Shown here: positions 1 to 14,269 of the stretch, piece by piece
How the letters are laid out: every line of letters begins with the position of its first letter
How positions within the stretch are numbered: position 1 is the stretch's first letter
Source of the DNA: Dicyema japonicum
Lineage: Eukaryota; Animalia; Dicyemida
Length of the DNA stretch: 64,000 bases
Reading direction: 5' to 3'
Assembly: GCA_011109175.1 (NCBI GenBank)
Contig: RDEW01000040.1
Span: 423,484-487,483 of the forward strand
Notes under the pieces: generated by a model
Told to the model about the DNA's origin: nothing
The model's input: only the letters and a program-made list of their open reading frames with translations
Databases searched by the model: none
Translations under genes and position numbers: made by a program

Positions 1-403
1 TGGATTTCTCCTAAAAAGATATCATAAAGAGTAATACTTTGTAGTGGGACATTCCAGTCAGACGGGAGACGTTGACTACAGTAGAAAGAATCCAGAAGAG
101 TTCCAAATGTTCTTTAACCTTTAATGTTAAAACTTAATGAACATCGCTCTGTCTGTATAAGACACACTTTTTGGGGGATATCCCAAAGGCAAGCAAGCCG
201 GCTAAAGTTTCGTATATATTGAATTTATAATTGACGGTTTTATTGTAGGACGTGAGTCCGTGAAGATCGGCTATTCCAAGAATCAAGTCAGAATTGTCTT
301 GAAGGGAGATACATTGATGAATTGCTCCACAATAATTTCCTACATGAAGTTTTCCCGATGGCTGTATTGCTGAGTAGACACGAGCAAGTTTATTTAAACA
401 CAT
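1..403 (-). CDS. WARS2: Mitochondrial tryptophanyl-tRNA synthetase, 5' portion (runs off window start)
   Basis: N-terminus has the TrpRS signature (SAIQPSGKLHVGNYCGAI, HIGH-like HVGN; IADLH). Removing GT-AG introns at 119-142 (24 nt) and 11-37 (27 nt) gives RQSD|VKEHLELFWILSTVVNVSRLTGMSHYK|EKS, matching mitochondrial/bacterial-type TrpRS. Confidence 0.88.
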
Positions 404-479
404 TTTATTATTAATGGAAATTAATTTTAAGATTAATTAAATTTGATATTTTCATATTATTTAAAAATGTTTCAATTGA

Positions 480-960
480 CCAGGTATATTAGCATAACGA
501 CGTTGTAGCATATGAGGTTTATTCTTTGCTTGGACAAATGTTTTGAAGATCGGAGCTAGCCAAAAAGAGCTAAAATTACGGAACAATTGACTTTATTTTT
601 AAAATCTTTGAGCACAAATTTTGCTGATGAATAATACAATGAAAGTGATAAATGAAGACCAGGGATTTAACTTTTCAATTTCAGCTCGAAATTTGGCAGC
701 AACAACAGCATGTCGTCCAACCATATTCGGAGCACCAGTGGTGCACAAACATACAAGTTTCTTTAAATCAAAGCCATAGTCAAAGAGAATTTGTAGTAGT
801 TTTACAGATATCTTTAGTTGTAGCTTAGAAGTTACTTTCAACCCCAGGAGTACTACAATTACTATGGGAAACCTGTCCCCACAGGAAAAGTTCCTGCAAA
901 CTACATTTGTCACCGTTGCAATCAGCCAGGACATTGGATTCAAAACTGCCCAACCATCAA
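480..960 (-). mobile_element. hAT (SPIN/GTF2IRD2-like) transposase remnant
   Basis: KLVCLCTTGAPNMVG (degenerate TDGAP motif) and, in a shifted frame, FHCIIHQQNLCSK (CxxH motif). Frameshifted. Confidence 0.7.
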
Positions 961-1129
961 AATAGTTGTTTTTTTAGGTCACAGTAGGACCACAACGGAA
1001 AACCTATTCCTACAGAGAAACCGATCGTAGCCCAAATTAAGCGAAGTCACGGAATTCCCAACTCATTCCTCAAACCAGTCTCAGACCTTAACAAACTGGG
1101 GGCAGTCCTCACCAGAGACGGATCATTTG

Positions 1130-3720
1130 CGCGTTTTTTTGGTGAGGTGGTGACGTACCTCGTTTCTTAATTTGATCACAGTTGAGAAAAATATCTAAAA
1201 AGCAAGGGGTATAAAGGTATGCATGCATCTAGTCTAAAGCTCCTTAAGTTCAATGCTAGAAACTTATCTACGACCTGGTCGAGGAAGATTCTCTGTGACG
1301 ACCTGGAGAGATACGACGTATCCATTGGGTGCCTACAAGAGACGAAAGTTACTTGTAGCCTTGATGAGAACTACGGCGAATATCGAATAACATGCCTACT
1401 GAGCGACTCAAAATATTATGGACTTGGATTTGCCATCCACTCAAAGTTGACAAGTGCAGTCCACCGTATATGGAGTGTGAATGACAGGATCTATGTTATA
1501 CAAATCCGTCTAAACGACATACCTCCTTCGAAGAGCTTTCTGACAATTATAAATGTTTATGCGCCACACTGCGGGAGTGTAGCGAAAGATCCGACAGAAC
1601 TAGACGACTTCTATTCAACACTGTATATGAGTCGTCATCACTAATACTCATTGCTGCCGATTTGAATGCGAAAATCGGGATGAAGAATAACCCGGATGAT
1701 GTTTTCTTGGGAGAACATGGACGTGGAATAAGAAACCCACCCGGGACAATACTTGGTCACTTTTGTATGGAAACAACCTTTTCCTATGCAATACTGCATT
1801 TACGCATCCTGGCTGCCACAAAACTACGTTGATGGGGAAGCGAAGGAACTCAGAGGGAAAGCTGGTCCCAATATACAACCAAATAGATTATGTCATAAGC
1901 CGGGCTAAAAACAAACACCTTCTAATAAACGCACGTTCATATGAAGGCTCGACGACTGTCAGCGACCACAATATGGTTATTGCGATCTTCACCCTGAAAA
2001 AAAACATGCCAAAAATCACGAATTTGAGAAAGTCGAAGGCAACTACGCGACCGAAAGGCTGATTTCCCAACCGGAGACTACTGAGAGATATCAACAATAC
2101 ATTCAGACTCATATGCAGAACGTATTGGCCGATACCTCGTTAGAAGACTCCTGGAAACGCACATATTCATCCAGAGCTTGCGAAAAGTTTTTAAAAAATA
2201 AACATGAGAAAATCAAATGCCATTGACGATAATACGATAAAAGCCCTTCAGGGCGAAATGCAACGTGTCAGAAGAAAAATAAATAGTCTGAACAAGAAGC
2301 TTTTCCTAGAAGAAATAGCTTCCTGTATAGAAGAGGTAAACAAAGTGAAAGACAACGCACAGGTGTACGTCGCTGCTCGTTTGCCGCGGCGAACAAACCC
2401 AAGTCGACTCACCATAAAAGACGAGAACGGTAAGCTGATACTGAACACCGAAGAACAAACTGAAGCCCCGCGACTCACTTTGAGAAGCTTTTCAACATTA
2501 AAACCATAAAAATCCACCCATTTGATGGACCCTTGGAAATCAAAACGGCCTGCCGAAAACTCAAGAATAACAGAAGTCCTGGAGCAGACAAAATAAATTC
2601 CGAACTACTAAAATACGGACCCCACTGCCTGTATGACAAAATTGCCATACTACTAAATAGCACTCTACCTCTCAGTACGGGACTACTAATCCCTATACAA
2701 AAAATTAACAAAACCAGAGGACCGCTCGAAAATTTGCGACTCGTCATACTACTAAATTCATTACGCAAAGTCTTAGCAAACATTATGCTTGGACGAATAA
2801 AAGGACCTGCTTACAAATACCCACTAGATAGTCAAAGTGGTTTTCGAGAAGGGAGATCCACAGATGATGCGGTTTGGAGTCACAGATGGAGGTGTGCAAC
2901 ACATCAAAGATACCGTAACGCCACCAATATTCTGGGAATTGACCTATCAAGAGCTTTTGATACGGTTAACAGGAACAAGTTAATGGGAGTACTGAGAGGA
3001 TTTCTTGATGAGTCGAGTCTAAGGATGATCCGAATTCTACTTTCCAACACTGAGCTCCTTGTGAGAGTCGGAAAGACCTATTCAAGAAAATTTGAAATAT
3101 ACACGGGCACTCCATAAGGAGGCTCCCTTTCTCCCCAACTATTCACAATTTATTTGGTAGTCGCTACGAGGGGACTTAGACCGTTATACAAAGGAAAGAC
3201 GGAAGAAGTACGCGGACGATGTAGACCTAATTTCTGAAGACAAAGAGGTCCTGGAACACTAATTAGAAAAAGCACCAGATGTACTAGGGAAATGGTTTCT
3301 TAATGTGAACAGAGAGAAAACAGAACTCACAGACTCATCCGCGGATATGGAAAGACTAGACTCGCTCCACAGAGGTCAGCTGAGAAAAATAACAAGAACT
3401 ACTTCGCCTACGAGAATATCGAGGAATGCTTTATATAAGAGATGCAGCACTAGACCTATCAGCTTGGAGGTACTGGAATCCCGATGGAAGCTCTTCGGAC
3501 ACGAGCTGAGGATGGAATTAACATCCCCACCGAACATATCTATGGAAACATACTATGTTAGTCAAGAAGGCCGCTATCGTGGAAGACCTAGAACAACACT
3601 GCAATAGTTTTACAAAAAGACCTGGTAAATATTAAAATAAATTTAACAACTGCCGACAACTTTGACACTATGAGAGCCTTGGCTAGGAACAGGGGAGCAT
3701 AAAAAAGGATGACATCTAAC
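1130..3720 (+). mobile_element. RTE-clade non-LTR retrotransposon (family 1), near full length, degenerate
   Basis: APE motifs (FNARNL, CLQETK, NVYAP, DYVIS, SDH) followed by RT motifs (SPGADKI, QSGFREGRST, DLSRAFDTV, YADD-like) and the C-terminal GRPRTTL. Multiple stops and frameshifts. Confidence 0.85.
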
Positions 3721-3949
3721 ATTGTTTCTTTTGCTGTACATGCAGGCTATAAGTAGTATGGCTCTCGTGAAGTGCTTAAATAATAATAATGGCGCCGTTA
3801 AAAGTGCCGGACTAAATTCATATGGTTCCAATCTAGCTGCTGTCCATTTCGATCTGAGGTTCCACGCATCTACGATGCTTCTGGGATTGAGGAATGCAGT
3901 CGTTATCATTGATTAAATAGCTTACTAATCTTCGCCTTGTCACTCTTTC

Positions 3950-5110
3950 CCGCTAAAGTGAGTACTCTGACCCCATCAAGTGATGAAATACTTCCTGTGA
4001 TCCTGAATTTTCCCTAGTAACAGTGGGGAGACCGGATCATTTGAATGATCTGATTTCTTTGTCCGTTGAGATCCAGGATTTCGTATTACAAATTCAACTA
4101 CCTCACCTAAGAACCAGATTTTGTCTGGAGGATTTCCCGAATTGTCAACCATGTCATGTTCCCACTTTCAATAAGAAAGGAGACAGAGTGAACCTGATAG
4201 CGGTCGGGCTTGTATTCAGGAAGCTGTAGGATTTATCTATTTCTGATGAAGACCTTGAATTCCTTGACTCCCCGATAACTATAAGTACACAAGCAACGCA
4301 TACTTGAACGTTCGATTGATTATTTTTACTCGACCTACCTTATTATTTCTTTGAAGATTAGTTTCACTATACAGGAGATTCATATATCTTCAGGGTGCTC
4401 CCTATTTTTATCAATATTACCGATTCCTTTTGTTAGGCGACAGACGTATCTGCAATGTTTATTTTGATGAGGAAACAAGCCTCACTATCAGTGAGATTGG
4501 TGGTTTGCAAATTTTATTCTCTGGATGTTTCTTTCCCGCTCATCTATCCTCGCTAGTAGCTTCCAATATGTTGGTAGAGGATTCTATACTCTTCACGAAT
4601 TCTCGAACCTGATCTTCAGCTACTGACTTGAGATTTGGAACCGTCTTCATTCGTTCTTCACTCCATCCAAAGATCATCAACGTAGTCTGGACGATGTTAC
4701 TTGCAAAGAGTTGCTAGTAGCTTCCAATATGTTGGTAGAGGATTCTATACTCTTCACGAATTCTCGAACCTGATCTTCAGCTACTGACTTGAGATTTGGA
4801 ACCGTCTTCATTCGTTCTTCACTCCATCCAAAGATCATCAACGTAGTCTGGACGATGTTACTTGCAGGGAGTTGTTCAAAAATCTCTTCTAGTCATCGAA
4901 CCAGCGTTGCCTCGCCTGACCTTTGTCCGTCTGGAGCTTTTCCCGAGAGTGGGACCTGGTTCAGCGCCATTCCAAGCGGAGCACTGGGAATGTTTATGGA
5001 GGAGGATTCTGTTAGAATTAGAGTTTCATTAGGTCTTGTGTGCCACATTTGTGCCGATGCGGTGACCTGATCCACGATTTTGGATTACACCTACTCCTCC
5101 CTTGTAGGAG
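3950..5110 (-). mobile_element. LINE ORF1 remnant (CR1/L2/L1-type RRM)
   Basis: Minus frame gives TLMIFGWSEE...EDQVREFVKSI...KPPISLIVRLVS, resembling the ORF1 RRM motif NxxIFGxxE...RPIxVxF. Interrupted by stops. Confidence 0.45.
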
Positions 5111-5149
5111 GTTTGCTGGAAGGTCTCCCTGACACAAGGTCCTAAAATA

Positions 5150-5560
5150 AGTTTTCAGACTGACTATGGATGTAACTGATATCCATTTGTGCGCGAACCC
5201 GTCCGCATATGTAAAAAATGATGGAACACAACCAGATTGAATGTCCGTCTTTTCACTCGAAGCCGGGAAGTTTCTGGTCTGGGATGTATCCTGCACAGAC
5301 ACCTTCGCTGCAAACAACATCCACTAAAGCGCATTCAAAGCCTTCTTGACCTCTGCGAAAGCCGAAATATTGGAAAGAAATAAGTGTGCTGATTTATCTG
5401 ACGGAGTAGTGTTTACTCCTCTCGCTGTGGAGATTTCCGGTGCCATGAGACCTTCGACAGTGGAATTTCTTGGAAGTCAGATTCGACGATCTTCGCAAGC
5501 GCCGATAGTATTCGAATGAGTTTCGCGGTTCAGGATTCTTCATTTAAGTAATTACTAATT
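5150..5560 (+). mobile_element. CRE-like non-LTR retrotransposon, restriction-like endonuclease fragment
   Basis: DGTQPD*MSVFSLEAGKFLVWDVSCTDTFAA...FTPLAVEISG, homologous to the better-preserved copy at 49745-50311. Confidence 0.75.
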
Positions 5561-5569
5561 TTTTACGCT

Positions 5570-6146
5570 TTGTTGTTTACAATCAAGAACGATAGGTGGA
5601 TTTTTGTCTAAGAATCCTGCAAGTTTGGAATAAGGCTGGCATCTCCGTAAGGTCTTCTAGAAAAAACAGCGAAGGCACTGAAAATGGTAGAACTTCAGAA
5701 GACATGTTGCTTCTTCACCCCATACATCTAAACAGCTTCTCATAGCATTATCTTCTGCTTTTCTGAGCTTTTTTCAACCCCGTTGGGTTTATTCGCTTCA
5801 TTTGTGGAGTCAAAATAGAAGAAATCAATACACACAAGAAATCAAAACAGAAGACTGTAGCAAGGAAAAACAACCGTCGCAGGTCATGCTGCGCAAACAT
5901 GACATCGTCGTCAAACAAGAAGGTCACTGACCGCGCTTTATCACGAAGAGCGTCATGGGAATGCACAGCTAACACGCATCTGTCATTGATTAAAACCAGT
6001 GCGCTCGAAGTTTTTACCGCTTTCAACAGAACAGTGATCTTGTCTATGATAAAAAACATCGAGAAAAAGGTGAGTATAACTTAATAATGTGAACTTTATA
6101 ACTTGGAGCCGCTGCCCCTATGGCCCCTCTCTAGGCACGCCACTGA
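5570..6146 (+). mobile_element. Degraded DNA transposon remnant with a CAGTGGCG-type terminus
   Basis: The end reads CAGTGGCGTGCCTAG-AGAGGGGCC on the minus strand at ~6125-6146. A VWNKAGISVRS peptide resembles DNA transposase N-termini. Confidence 0.35.
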
Positions 6147-6249
6147 CTACTGTTAATGATTTTCACCAGGGTCACCTGCTGTATAAGAAAACTGCCTACA
6201 CTAAAGTTCCTGTTAATCAGTAACGAAGCTTTGGAAATAAAAAACTCCA

Positions 6250-7030
6250 AACTTTTCCATAATTAAAAAATTCTCTTAATCAAGGACCACTCTATGATGT
6301 TTGGTCTACAATTCCTTGACGAATATAAAACTTCATTCGGCTCAGTACCTTTGGTTTTCCCTAAATAAAATGAGAATCATATTACCCTTAGTGACAAATT
6401 TCGTAATCTTTGAACTATTCTCGAAACTGAACCCCTTCAGTTGCACCTCAAAACGATCCACGACTAATATCTTGACATCAACAAACTTCTGGGATCTTTC
6501 CCGCTGAATACTGACATAAGTTGAGTTTCTCCATCTCGGAAAATTCTTGTTCCCTTGTCATACCTTCGCTGCGACCATAATATAAAACTATTTGAACATA
6601 ATCGGACAATAAATTTTGTCTCTATGTCCTTTCTGCCTCTTAGCCAATCACTTCTCACCTTCAAGTTCTGTGTCATATCAGATACACCCGTAGGATCTCT
6701 AGTAGAGTTCGCTTTCGGGAGTTACTTTCCACCGATTTTTTTCACTTGAAGAGATCGCGAGTAAATAAATAAATAGTTAGTTAAGTGACTCCGGTCATTG
6801 CTGCTGGAAGAGATGGATGATAGCATTCGAGACAGATCACTGGTTATCATAATACCTTTTTTTTGTACTGGTGTTTGCATAGATAGTGACAAGGATGGTC
6901 TGGGCAGTAGACTTAGCAGAGGAACTGCAGAGCTCTCATTTCCAAATGGTCTTCAATTAGAAGGATCTTCATTCTCAGTGAAGATGATCAATAGAGGTTG
7001 ATCTGAAACATCTAGTAATTGTTCTGAGAG
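6250..7030 (-). mobile_element. LINE ORF1-like remnant
   Basis: KGIMITSDLSR and DMTQNLKVRSDW resemble the ORF1 C-terminal motif (IxISEDLT...R). Degenerate. Confidence 0.3.
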
Positions 7031-7049
7031 CGATGTTTTGGACTTTTTT

Positions 7050-7490
7050 GTAGTTTGTCGATAAAAGTGAGGGAGGCAGAGGATAACCAACAAGGACTTG
7101 AATGGTTAATTGTGATTCGAATGAATTGTTTATGTATGATGGTTAGGTCCTCTTTGCTTTGGAGAAGGAATGACCTGACACAGCTTTCAGTATGTTAATT
7201 TTTCGAGAGGCCATTGTGCATTTTTCCACCAAATGTTTCGAGAAAGTCAGTAATTGGTCGATAATGACCCTAATTATTTTTGGGATGTTTCGTAAGAGGA
7301 AGTGTATTCCCATGGAGGAATTCAAGATGCAAGATTTTTATTACTTAGAACCTGACTTGATGGTCGACCAAACGCTTTGGTTAGGTCAATCGATGCAAGG
7401 ATAGTCCGTTTGGGAGGATTGTAATTATTGAACCCATCAAAGATGTATTGAGTCAGGGTAGAGTGATGCGTTGATATGGCAAATAAATCC
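7050..7490 (-). mobile_element. Ingi/Vingi-like LINE RT C-terminal fragment
   Basis: IIDQLLTFSKHLVEKCTMASRKINILKAVSG, homologous to 51358-51600. Confidence 0.65.
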
Positions 7491-7496
7491 AATTAA

Positions 7497-7722
7497 TTTT
7501 CAGGTTTTGGATAAGTACATCAATAAACATCACGAGATTTTAGCGACATCTTTAGGTAAAAAAGTCATTTTTTAAAATCTTATAAAAATTGATTTTAACG
7601 AGTCCTATGGGTAAGTGGAACATTTTACCAAGGTCCTCGACATCTTTAGGTAAAAAAAGTCATCTTTTTTAAATCTTATAAAAATTGATTTTAAGGGGTC
7701 CTATTTTGAATGGGAACCAAAT
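7497..7722. repeat. MITE-like element end: ~94-bp tandem units plus terminal ATTTTGAATGGGAACCAAAT
   Basis: Unit starts (GACATCTTTAGG) at 7545 and 7639. The same unit and the reverse-complement terminus occur at 62020-62350. Confidence 0.75.
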
Positions 7723-7844
7723 ACATAGTAATATTCATAAGCAATTGTTCAATATAAGGAAAATAATTTAAATACCTTAATAATAAATTGAGTTATTAAA
7801 GCAAAATACAAGAAAGAAATTTATAATCAAAACGAGTAAATTTG

Positions 7845-10800
7845 CTACTTCAATGATCGATCCCATTCTACCAAGGCATCATTACAAAGTTTTCGCAGTG
7901 CTTCAATGCATCTTAATGCAACATTAAATATCACTTATCAATAAGTTCATTCCCAAAGGGTAGTTTTATCTTGTCATACTCTGGACATGAAGTCAATTTT
8001 ATAAAAAGTTCCATAAATCCAATCGGATGGGGCTTTGAAATAACCAATCCTTTAATAAAAATTCTACAATAAAAAAACACCACAACAATAATATAGTCTC
8101 ACAGAAATCCTTATTATCACATGTAATAAAAATGTGCATTATTAGTGATGAATAGTATTCAGTATGCAAATTTGGGTATCGTACGTGATTAAGTAATGCC
8201 AAGATAAGAATACATCTCCCTAATAGTAAATAAATAAAATAACCATTATAGTCAAAATTAACCAACAAATTTTGTATTATGTATACATGATGAGTAGTAT
8301 CTCCCAATTTCATAGCTGACATGCCAATGTAGTACATGACAGCATTAATCAACTGCCAGTCATAGGAGGAATATCTGCCTTGTTTTGTCTATCAGTAACA
8401 CATTAAACAAACCAAAATCTCCTTTAAATAAGCGGGAAATGATGATGCATTCTTATCATTTAAATAGTCGTCAATTTGTTGTTTAAGACCAGGTTTATCA
8501 GCTATTGGATCATTTCTTGGTAAAAAGATGACAGGATGAGTATTTCCACTCAGCAATTGTTGGTTAGTAATGTCACGTGGTATAGCAGATATTATGTACT
8601 GAATTAAATGGTTCACACTCGTGCCAACCGCTGACACCAAGACCATATAGTAGCAGGACAAAAACTCAGGACTAGTCTTTGCTAGCATAAACAGCAATTT
8701 GCCAACCATCTACAGATTATTAAAATATTACCCTACAATAGTTAATTAATGGAGAAATACTACAAACATCACTAAATGATGGAAACATTTTAGTATACTT
8801 AATCCCATTTGCAATGATAATAGAGTAAATCCACCACATGTCATGAAATGTGGACATGTAACGAATATTAATGACAGGATTACTTACAATTGATAACCAA
8901 GAATGGGCAAAGGAATCAAAGGCCATTGGTTGTATATCATCCAAGACACGACTATAATTACAAACAAAGCAAACGAAAACATGGCCAAAGTGTGAGTGTT
9001 ATCAGGTCCCAACATTACATTCATTACATTCTTAAACAACATTATTAGAATTCTCTGATAACAGGATTGTGTGTAGAAATGAAACCCCATATTACTCTTA
9101 AATGCACAAATAAAGGTAGAAAGAATCTACATTATAACATAAACTACAATCTGGCATATTAAGGACTTGCCATGAGTGAGACCAAATACTGAGGCACAAT
9201 TAATCAAGCCCATAAAGAGCATGATTAGAGCGTCTGCCACAGCAAACATACTAGGAAACACATTATATGAGTGTCGTCCATATCGTGCCATTAGTCTAAA
9301 TAAATCTCAAAACCAAACCTTTCTCCAATTTGTGAGCACACAACCAATGAATTATAAACAAACAAATATAGAAAGTTCTCAACTTTAAATTCCTACCATA
9401 CAAACACAGTAAACCTTCATAAAGTTAGTGGGAATGACTGAGATTACGTAATCATATCCACATGACAAGGTCACTTTCTGTTCAACAAGGACTGCCAACA
9501 GATTCTTGGCAAAAACGTGAGTTTCAGAATCAATCTTAAATTTTTCCGACTGAGGAATTGCAAACTCAGTGACGGCGGCAGGACTAAATAATAATAAATC
9601 TTACATTTCCTGGTATTTCTTCAATATCCCGATTGACTTTAACAGTGGTTTTGATAACTATAATATGTAAATACCATAAACCATAGAAATCTTCAAGAAA
9701 TGATCCAATTCAACCATATAATGAAACTCATCAGCTCGACTAACAGACAAACACTGTAAATCACAAAAATATTTACATTGTACATGTGTTCATCAAAATC
9801 AGCCACTCTAACCACATGGGAAAGAAAGAATAAAGTAGCGTCCTTATTACGTCTTACAGAGACGTCCTCTTCCCACAACAAACTTAATATATAAAATAAC
9901 TACTTTAGTATATTATCTTGTACATTCTGACAAAGAGGACAATCTTTGTACAAGTAGGTAAACAAAGAAGCCATAAATTTATTAGCATTTTCCACATTAT
10001 GTAATAAATTAGGCTTAAAGTATAGAAATAGTGTATGAAGAGACTAAATTGTATAATTATTAAACCTGTTTTAACAAACTCAATATGTCAGACTTATTTG
10101 ATAAGGTTATTCCATCAAGCTGAGTAATAAGTTGACGAAAACAAAGTTTAATAGAAGGATCACATTCCAGTCTGTCAAAAGACTCCTTCATTATCTCAGA
10201 AACTCTTCTTCTGTCCCCTTCAGTCTTATCTGGTTGGTAATTACCTCGATATCCCTAGCATTAATAATGAATAAACTTGTCTATACTGTGGTTGTAAATA
10301 TCCTCGATGACCATAGTCCTATAATATAAAACTTTAAATACAGCAAAAAATGAATTGGAAGACACATAACTATATATTGATGATCGAATAGCTTCCTCAA
10401 ATACTTTCCAATTATATGCTACCAATTGTTCACATAAATAACGAACAGTTTCAGGCTAAAAATTAATATAAAAAATACATCAACATTATAAAAATTATGA
10501 AATGTTGACATAATAATCCTTATTAAATATGATGAACAATGGTTTTTAACATAACCGAGAGACATAGTTCTATCTATTACATCAAAACTTTCCTATCGTT
10601 TTAATATAAAATTACAGCAGGAGTCATACATATTTGTTTACCATAATAATCACCCAACTCCCATATTACAAATTCCATATCTGAAATTAATTGTCGCTTT
10701 ATATTTTGATCATTATTCACCTGAATATTAATATTTTATACAAATTCATCAATTATCAAATAGTTCTTCCATAATCCAAAGGGAGGAGGTTGGGAACCAC

Positions 10801-13800
10801 GTGCAGTCCTTGGTCTTTCAGTTCTAGCCCCCGATGTTATATTGACCGTCTTAGTCAACACCAATGGCTGGACATAGTATAGCACATGTGGACTAAACAA
10901 TTCATCGTCGGGTTTAACGGTTTTTTTAATTTCAACAAAGTCCTACAATAATCAATAACAAAACATGTGTTTTCCCTCCTGAAAGAATAAAGCACAACGA
11001 GCCGATAGCCAATCCAACTGTAGCAGACAATCTCCCCTTAACCTCAAGTAACATTAATAATCTCATTAAGGTAATCATGAAAGTATTTGGATTCTCATAA
11101 ATCTACCATTTCATAATAAATTACAAGTGGAGACTTTGATGAACATTTTAGAAACTCAATAATGAAAACCACGTGAGCATTCAATAATGGTCCAGTAGGG
11201 AAAGTAAACAATAATTGAGCAGACTTTACCAAATCAATATACTAAAATAAATATAAAAATACATGGCCAAATAAGGGATAATCCATCGCAATAGTAAGAG
11301 AACCAAGCCATTGAGCTAGTTTGGTAAGTTGAACTTGATTGAAACTTTCAGTAACTTTAACCAAAGTAGCCTTAATAAATAAAAATCTTACAACACGACA
11401 TTTTAATGTTTCTTCTATACAAAAATCCACCAACGATTCACTACCGGGTTCGTATCTGTCCCACTTTCTCACCAACGCGGCATAAGATGGAAAATTTTGT
11501 ATATCACTTGCTAAAATCTTATTCCAAACCACATAATGGGCAATATAGGCACACATACTCCTAGTGGGGACATCATCATCTTTAAAAATAGTTTTAGCCT
11601 ACAATGAACACCAATGTAACTATAGCATCAACGTTTTCCTTGTTTACTCCATTAAAGGCATTAATCACAGATGTAGAAAAATCTTCAGCAACAGGTAAAT
11701 TAAACGTTTCAGTAACATATTGAGGTGGAGGTATCATAGACATTGGATAATCAATGACAATACTTCTTTCAAGAATAAGACCAATATAGTCATTAAGCTT
11801 GTAGTAATCGCTACCACCCTCGTCAATTATACTAGGTTAAAATAATACTTACTTTATGTAATTGATAAAATATTTACCAGCGATAATAGAATAAAACTTT
11901 TTATCATCCGTTAACTTTGCCAGTGTTTGAAAATTACGGACAATATCCGACCAGTAAGGTTCACTATTATTAGTTGAACAACAACATTTGTATTTTTCTA
12001 ACATAAATAGCGAGTATAAAGTAGACAATATTTTCAATAACTGCCAATGGTTGTCTGTTGAGAGCTGCAATCTCATCAACCAACAATGTCATAAAGACAC
12101 GGATTACAGACTACAGTAATGCTTATAATTACTTGAGAAACGGAATCGTTTGTTTGGACAAGCATAAAGTAACGATCGAGAAAATCATCAGTGTCAAGTT
12201 TCCGTGATTTCAACGTCGACATAAACTCGACACCTCTATTAACAGCTGACAAATCTGCAAATAAATCGTAAATAACCCTCATCCGTAAACTTTCTCTCCA
12301 CCTTTTCCTCAGGTGGTTCCACCTAGAATGAAGCTTAATAAATACAATTTTGAATAATTCTTTTATCATTCGGTTCTGTTTGGGGTAACCATGACTAGCT
12401 GTTAGGTTTAATGCTCCTTTAACGACCAAATTTATAAACTCGTCGTTTTTCTTTACTCTCAATGGTTGAGGGACTTCGTCACTGCCAGTATCGGCAGCCT
12501 TTTGTAAGAAATTAGAATATCCAATAATTTTCTCGAGTATTCCAATCCCATAATAGCCAATGCATTTCAGTAGCCATCCCTTGGAAGTGAAAAATTCATC
12601 GTGTTTAAGGCTAATTCTATTGTAGTGGAATGTGAAGGGTACATTAGTCGAAAACCTAATTTCATGTAATTGCTACAAATGACAACATCAGATCTACCTC
12701 AATGTCATAAGTGAGGAAATATATAGCTTCAAACAGAGTGGGGGTAGATAATGCTGCAAATTCAATCCCCAATTTTATAGCATTGATGATCTCTTGGTCC
12801 AACTACAGTAAAACAGTAACAAACCGACATGGCATATAGAAGAAAAGATCTGTACACTTTGTTTTTAGCAAACATTCTGATCAGTGAGACCAATAATCCC
12901 ATTTTAAGGGTATTTCTCCATCCAACCTACCAATTAAATAACGGACCACCAAATTTGAGTGAAGAATTGTTATAAATAGTAAATCTGGACAGTATTCTGC
13001 TGGGTACATTAACAGTTTGTTCACTTCGTCTACCAAACGAGGGTCGGGGGACTCTGAAATCCTCAAAAGACAGGTAATCATGTCAGATGATGCCCTAGAA
13101 TGAACAAACAGATAACCATATTATGTTAGCTCGCGAATTTTCAGTAAATGGAAGTCTCATAGAGTCTATTTTCAGTACATTTGTGTAGGAAACAATGTCT
13201 ATAATGTCCCTGTTGTTTATAAAGTATCTGATCATTTCCAATTGAACCTCCTGATTCCTCCAGTCAGAAAATATGTTAGATAAAGTCAATTTAATATCTC
13301 CATCAGTACATCCTTGAACTAACAAAGCCGATAGTTTCCTGAACTCATATTCAGAATTAATTTTAAAAAAATCGTTGTCCATTGCTCTAAAGACAGTATT
13401 CCAGTTTATTTTGACCTCCATTTCGTCCTCTATCACTTCCAATAGAGTACTCATATTCCATTTCGACTCTTTCTACCAATAAAGACCTTGAATACCCCAT
13501 CAGAGACCACACAGGACAGAATTACCCCCAACTGCCCACTAGTAAGCTTCTTTCCTCCAGCAGCCTTGAAAATCTCCCTGCAAGTCTCATGGGAGGAAGT
13601 TATGGGACAGCCAATAAAAGAAATCTCATCCAGAAAAGCTGAATGATTCTTTTCTAAGGAAAAGTATTCCTTTCCGACGTTTTCTGTGCAGGAGAGAAGG
13701 TCTTTATTGTTGAGGATATTGTAAATGTTAATATTAACATCCCTGTCATCGGGACTTATCATTCCGAGAAGGTACAAGTATGTGGAAGAGTTTCTATTCT

Positions 13801-14269
13801 TCTGAGTTCCCGATAAGATGTTCCATGGAAGTTCTCATTTAATTTTAAATAATAACCTTGCTCAACTTCTGAGATTTTTCCCAATTGATTCAATTCGTTG
13901 TAAAGAAGATGTTTACCCAGTCCAGTGGTCTTCTCATCTGGATTGTAGTAGTTTGTCACTAGAGCACACGTAATGTACTCAGGTGATATCTTGTCAGACG
14001 TTAGGAGATCCTCAATGGACTGACGACTAAGCATTGAAACTCTGTCGATGTTTGTGGCCAAATCTGAGCCAGAACATAGGATATCAGCCTACAGTTTTAA
14101 TATAATTAACCTTATCTGGGAGCGACATTTCCTTTAGCGATGTGTTCATTAAATCCTCGACAGTTGAATGTTTAGTTTGCGGGGTTATTTTCTGAATTAG
14201 TAAAATGAATACATTTTGAGTTCCTTTGCTGTGTAATTCATTGTATATGAATTGCTTTCTAAAATGCAT
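7845..14269 (-). CDS. CNOT1: CCR4-NOT scaffold subunit 1 (Not1), multi-exon, highly divergent
   Basis: Motifs in the expected order: WASSDMITCLLR, GYPKQNR..ELF, LTKLAQWLGSLTIA, FAHSWLSIVSN, INAVMYYIG...NHVRYPNLHTEYYS. Exons are joined by ~21-25 nt GT-AG introns (several checked, not all). ATG at 14267-14269; stop TAG at 7845-7847. Confidence 0.85.

Noticed and set aside
134-403. Bacterial trpS / contaminating prokaryotic DNA
   Set aside because: The gene is interrupted by GT-AG introns and lies among eukaryotic genes and LINEs, so it is nuclear-encoded mitochondrial TrpRS.
1060-1150. HDV-like ribozyme in the RTE 5' region (TCCTCAC, GAGAC-GG)
   Set aside because: P3 and P2 do not pair; CCTCACC pairs better with GGTGAGG as a plain hairpin.
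7845-14269. Alternative genetic code or programmed frameshifting to explain the chain of short ORFs
   Set aside because: Where checked, the frame breaks coincide with 21-25 nt GT-AG introns, and fully spliced genes (PSMA1, RPL32, SRPK, KCNH) read cleanly in the standard code.
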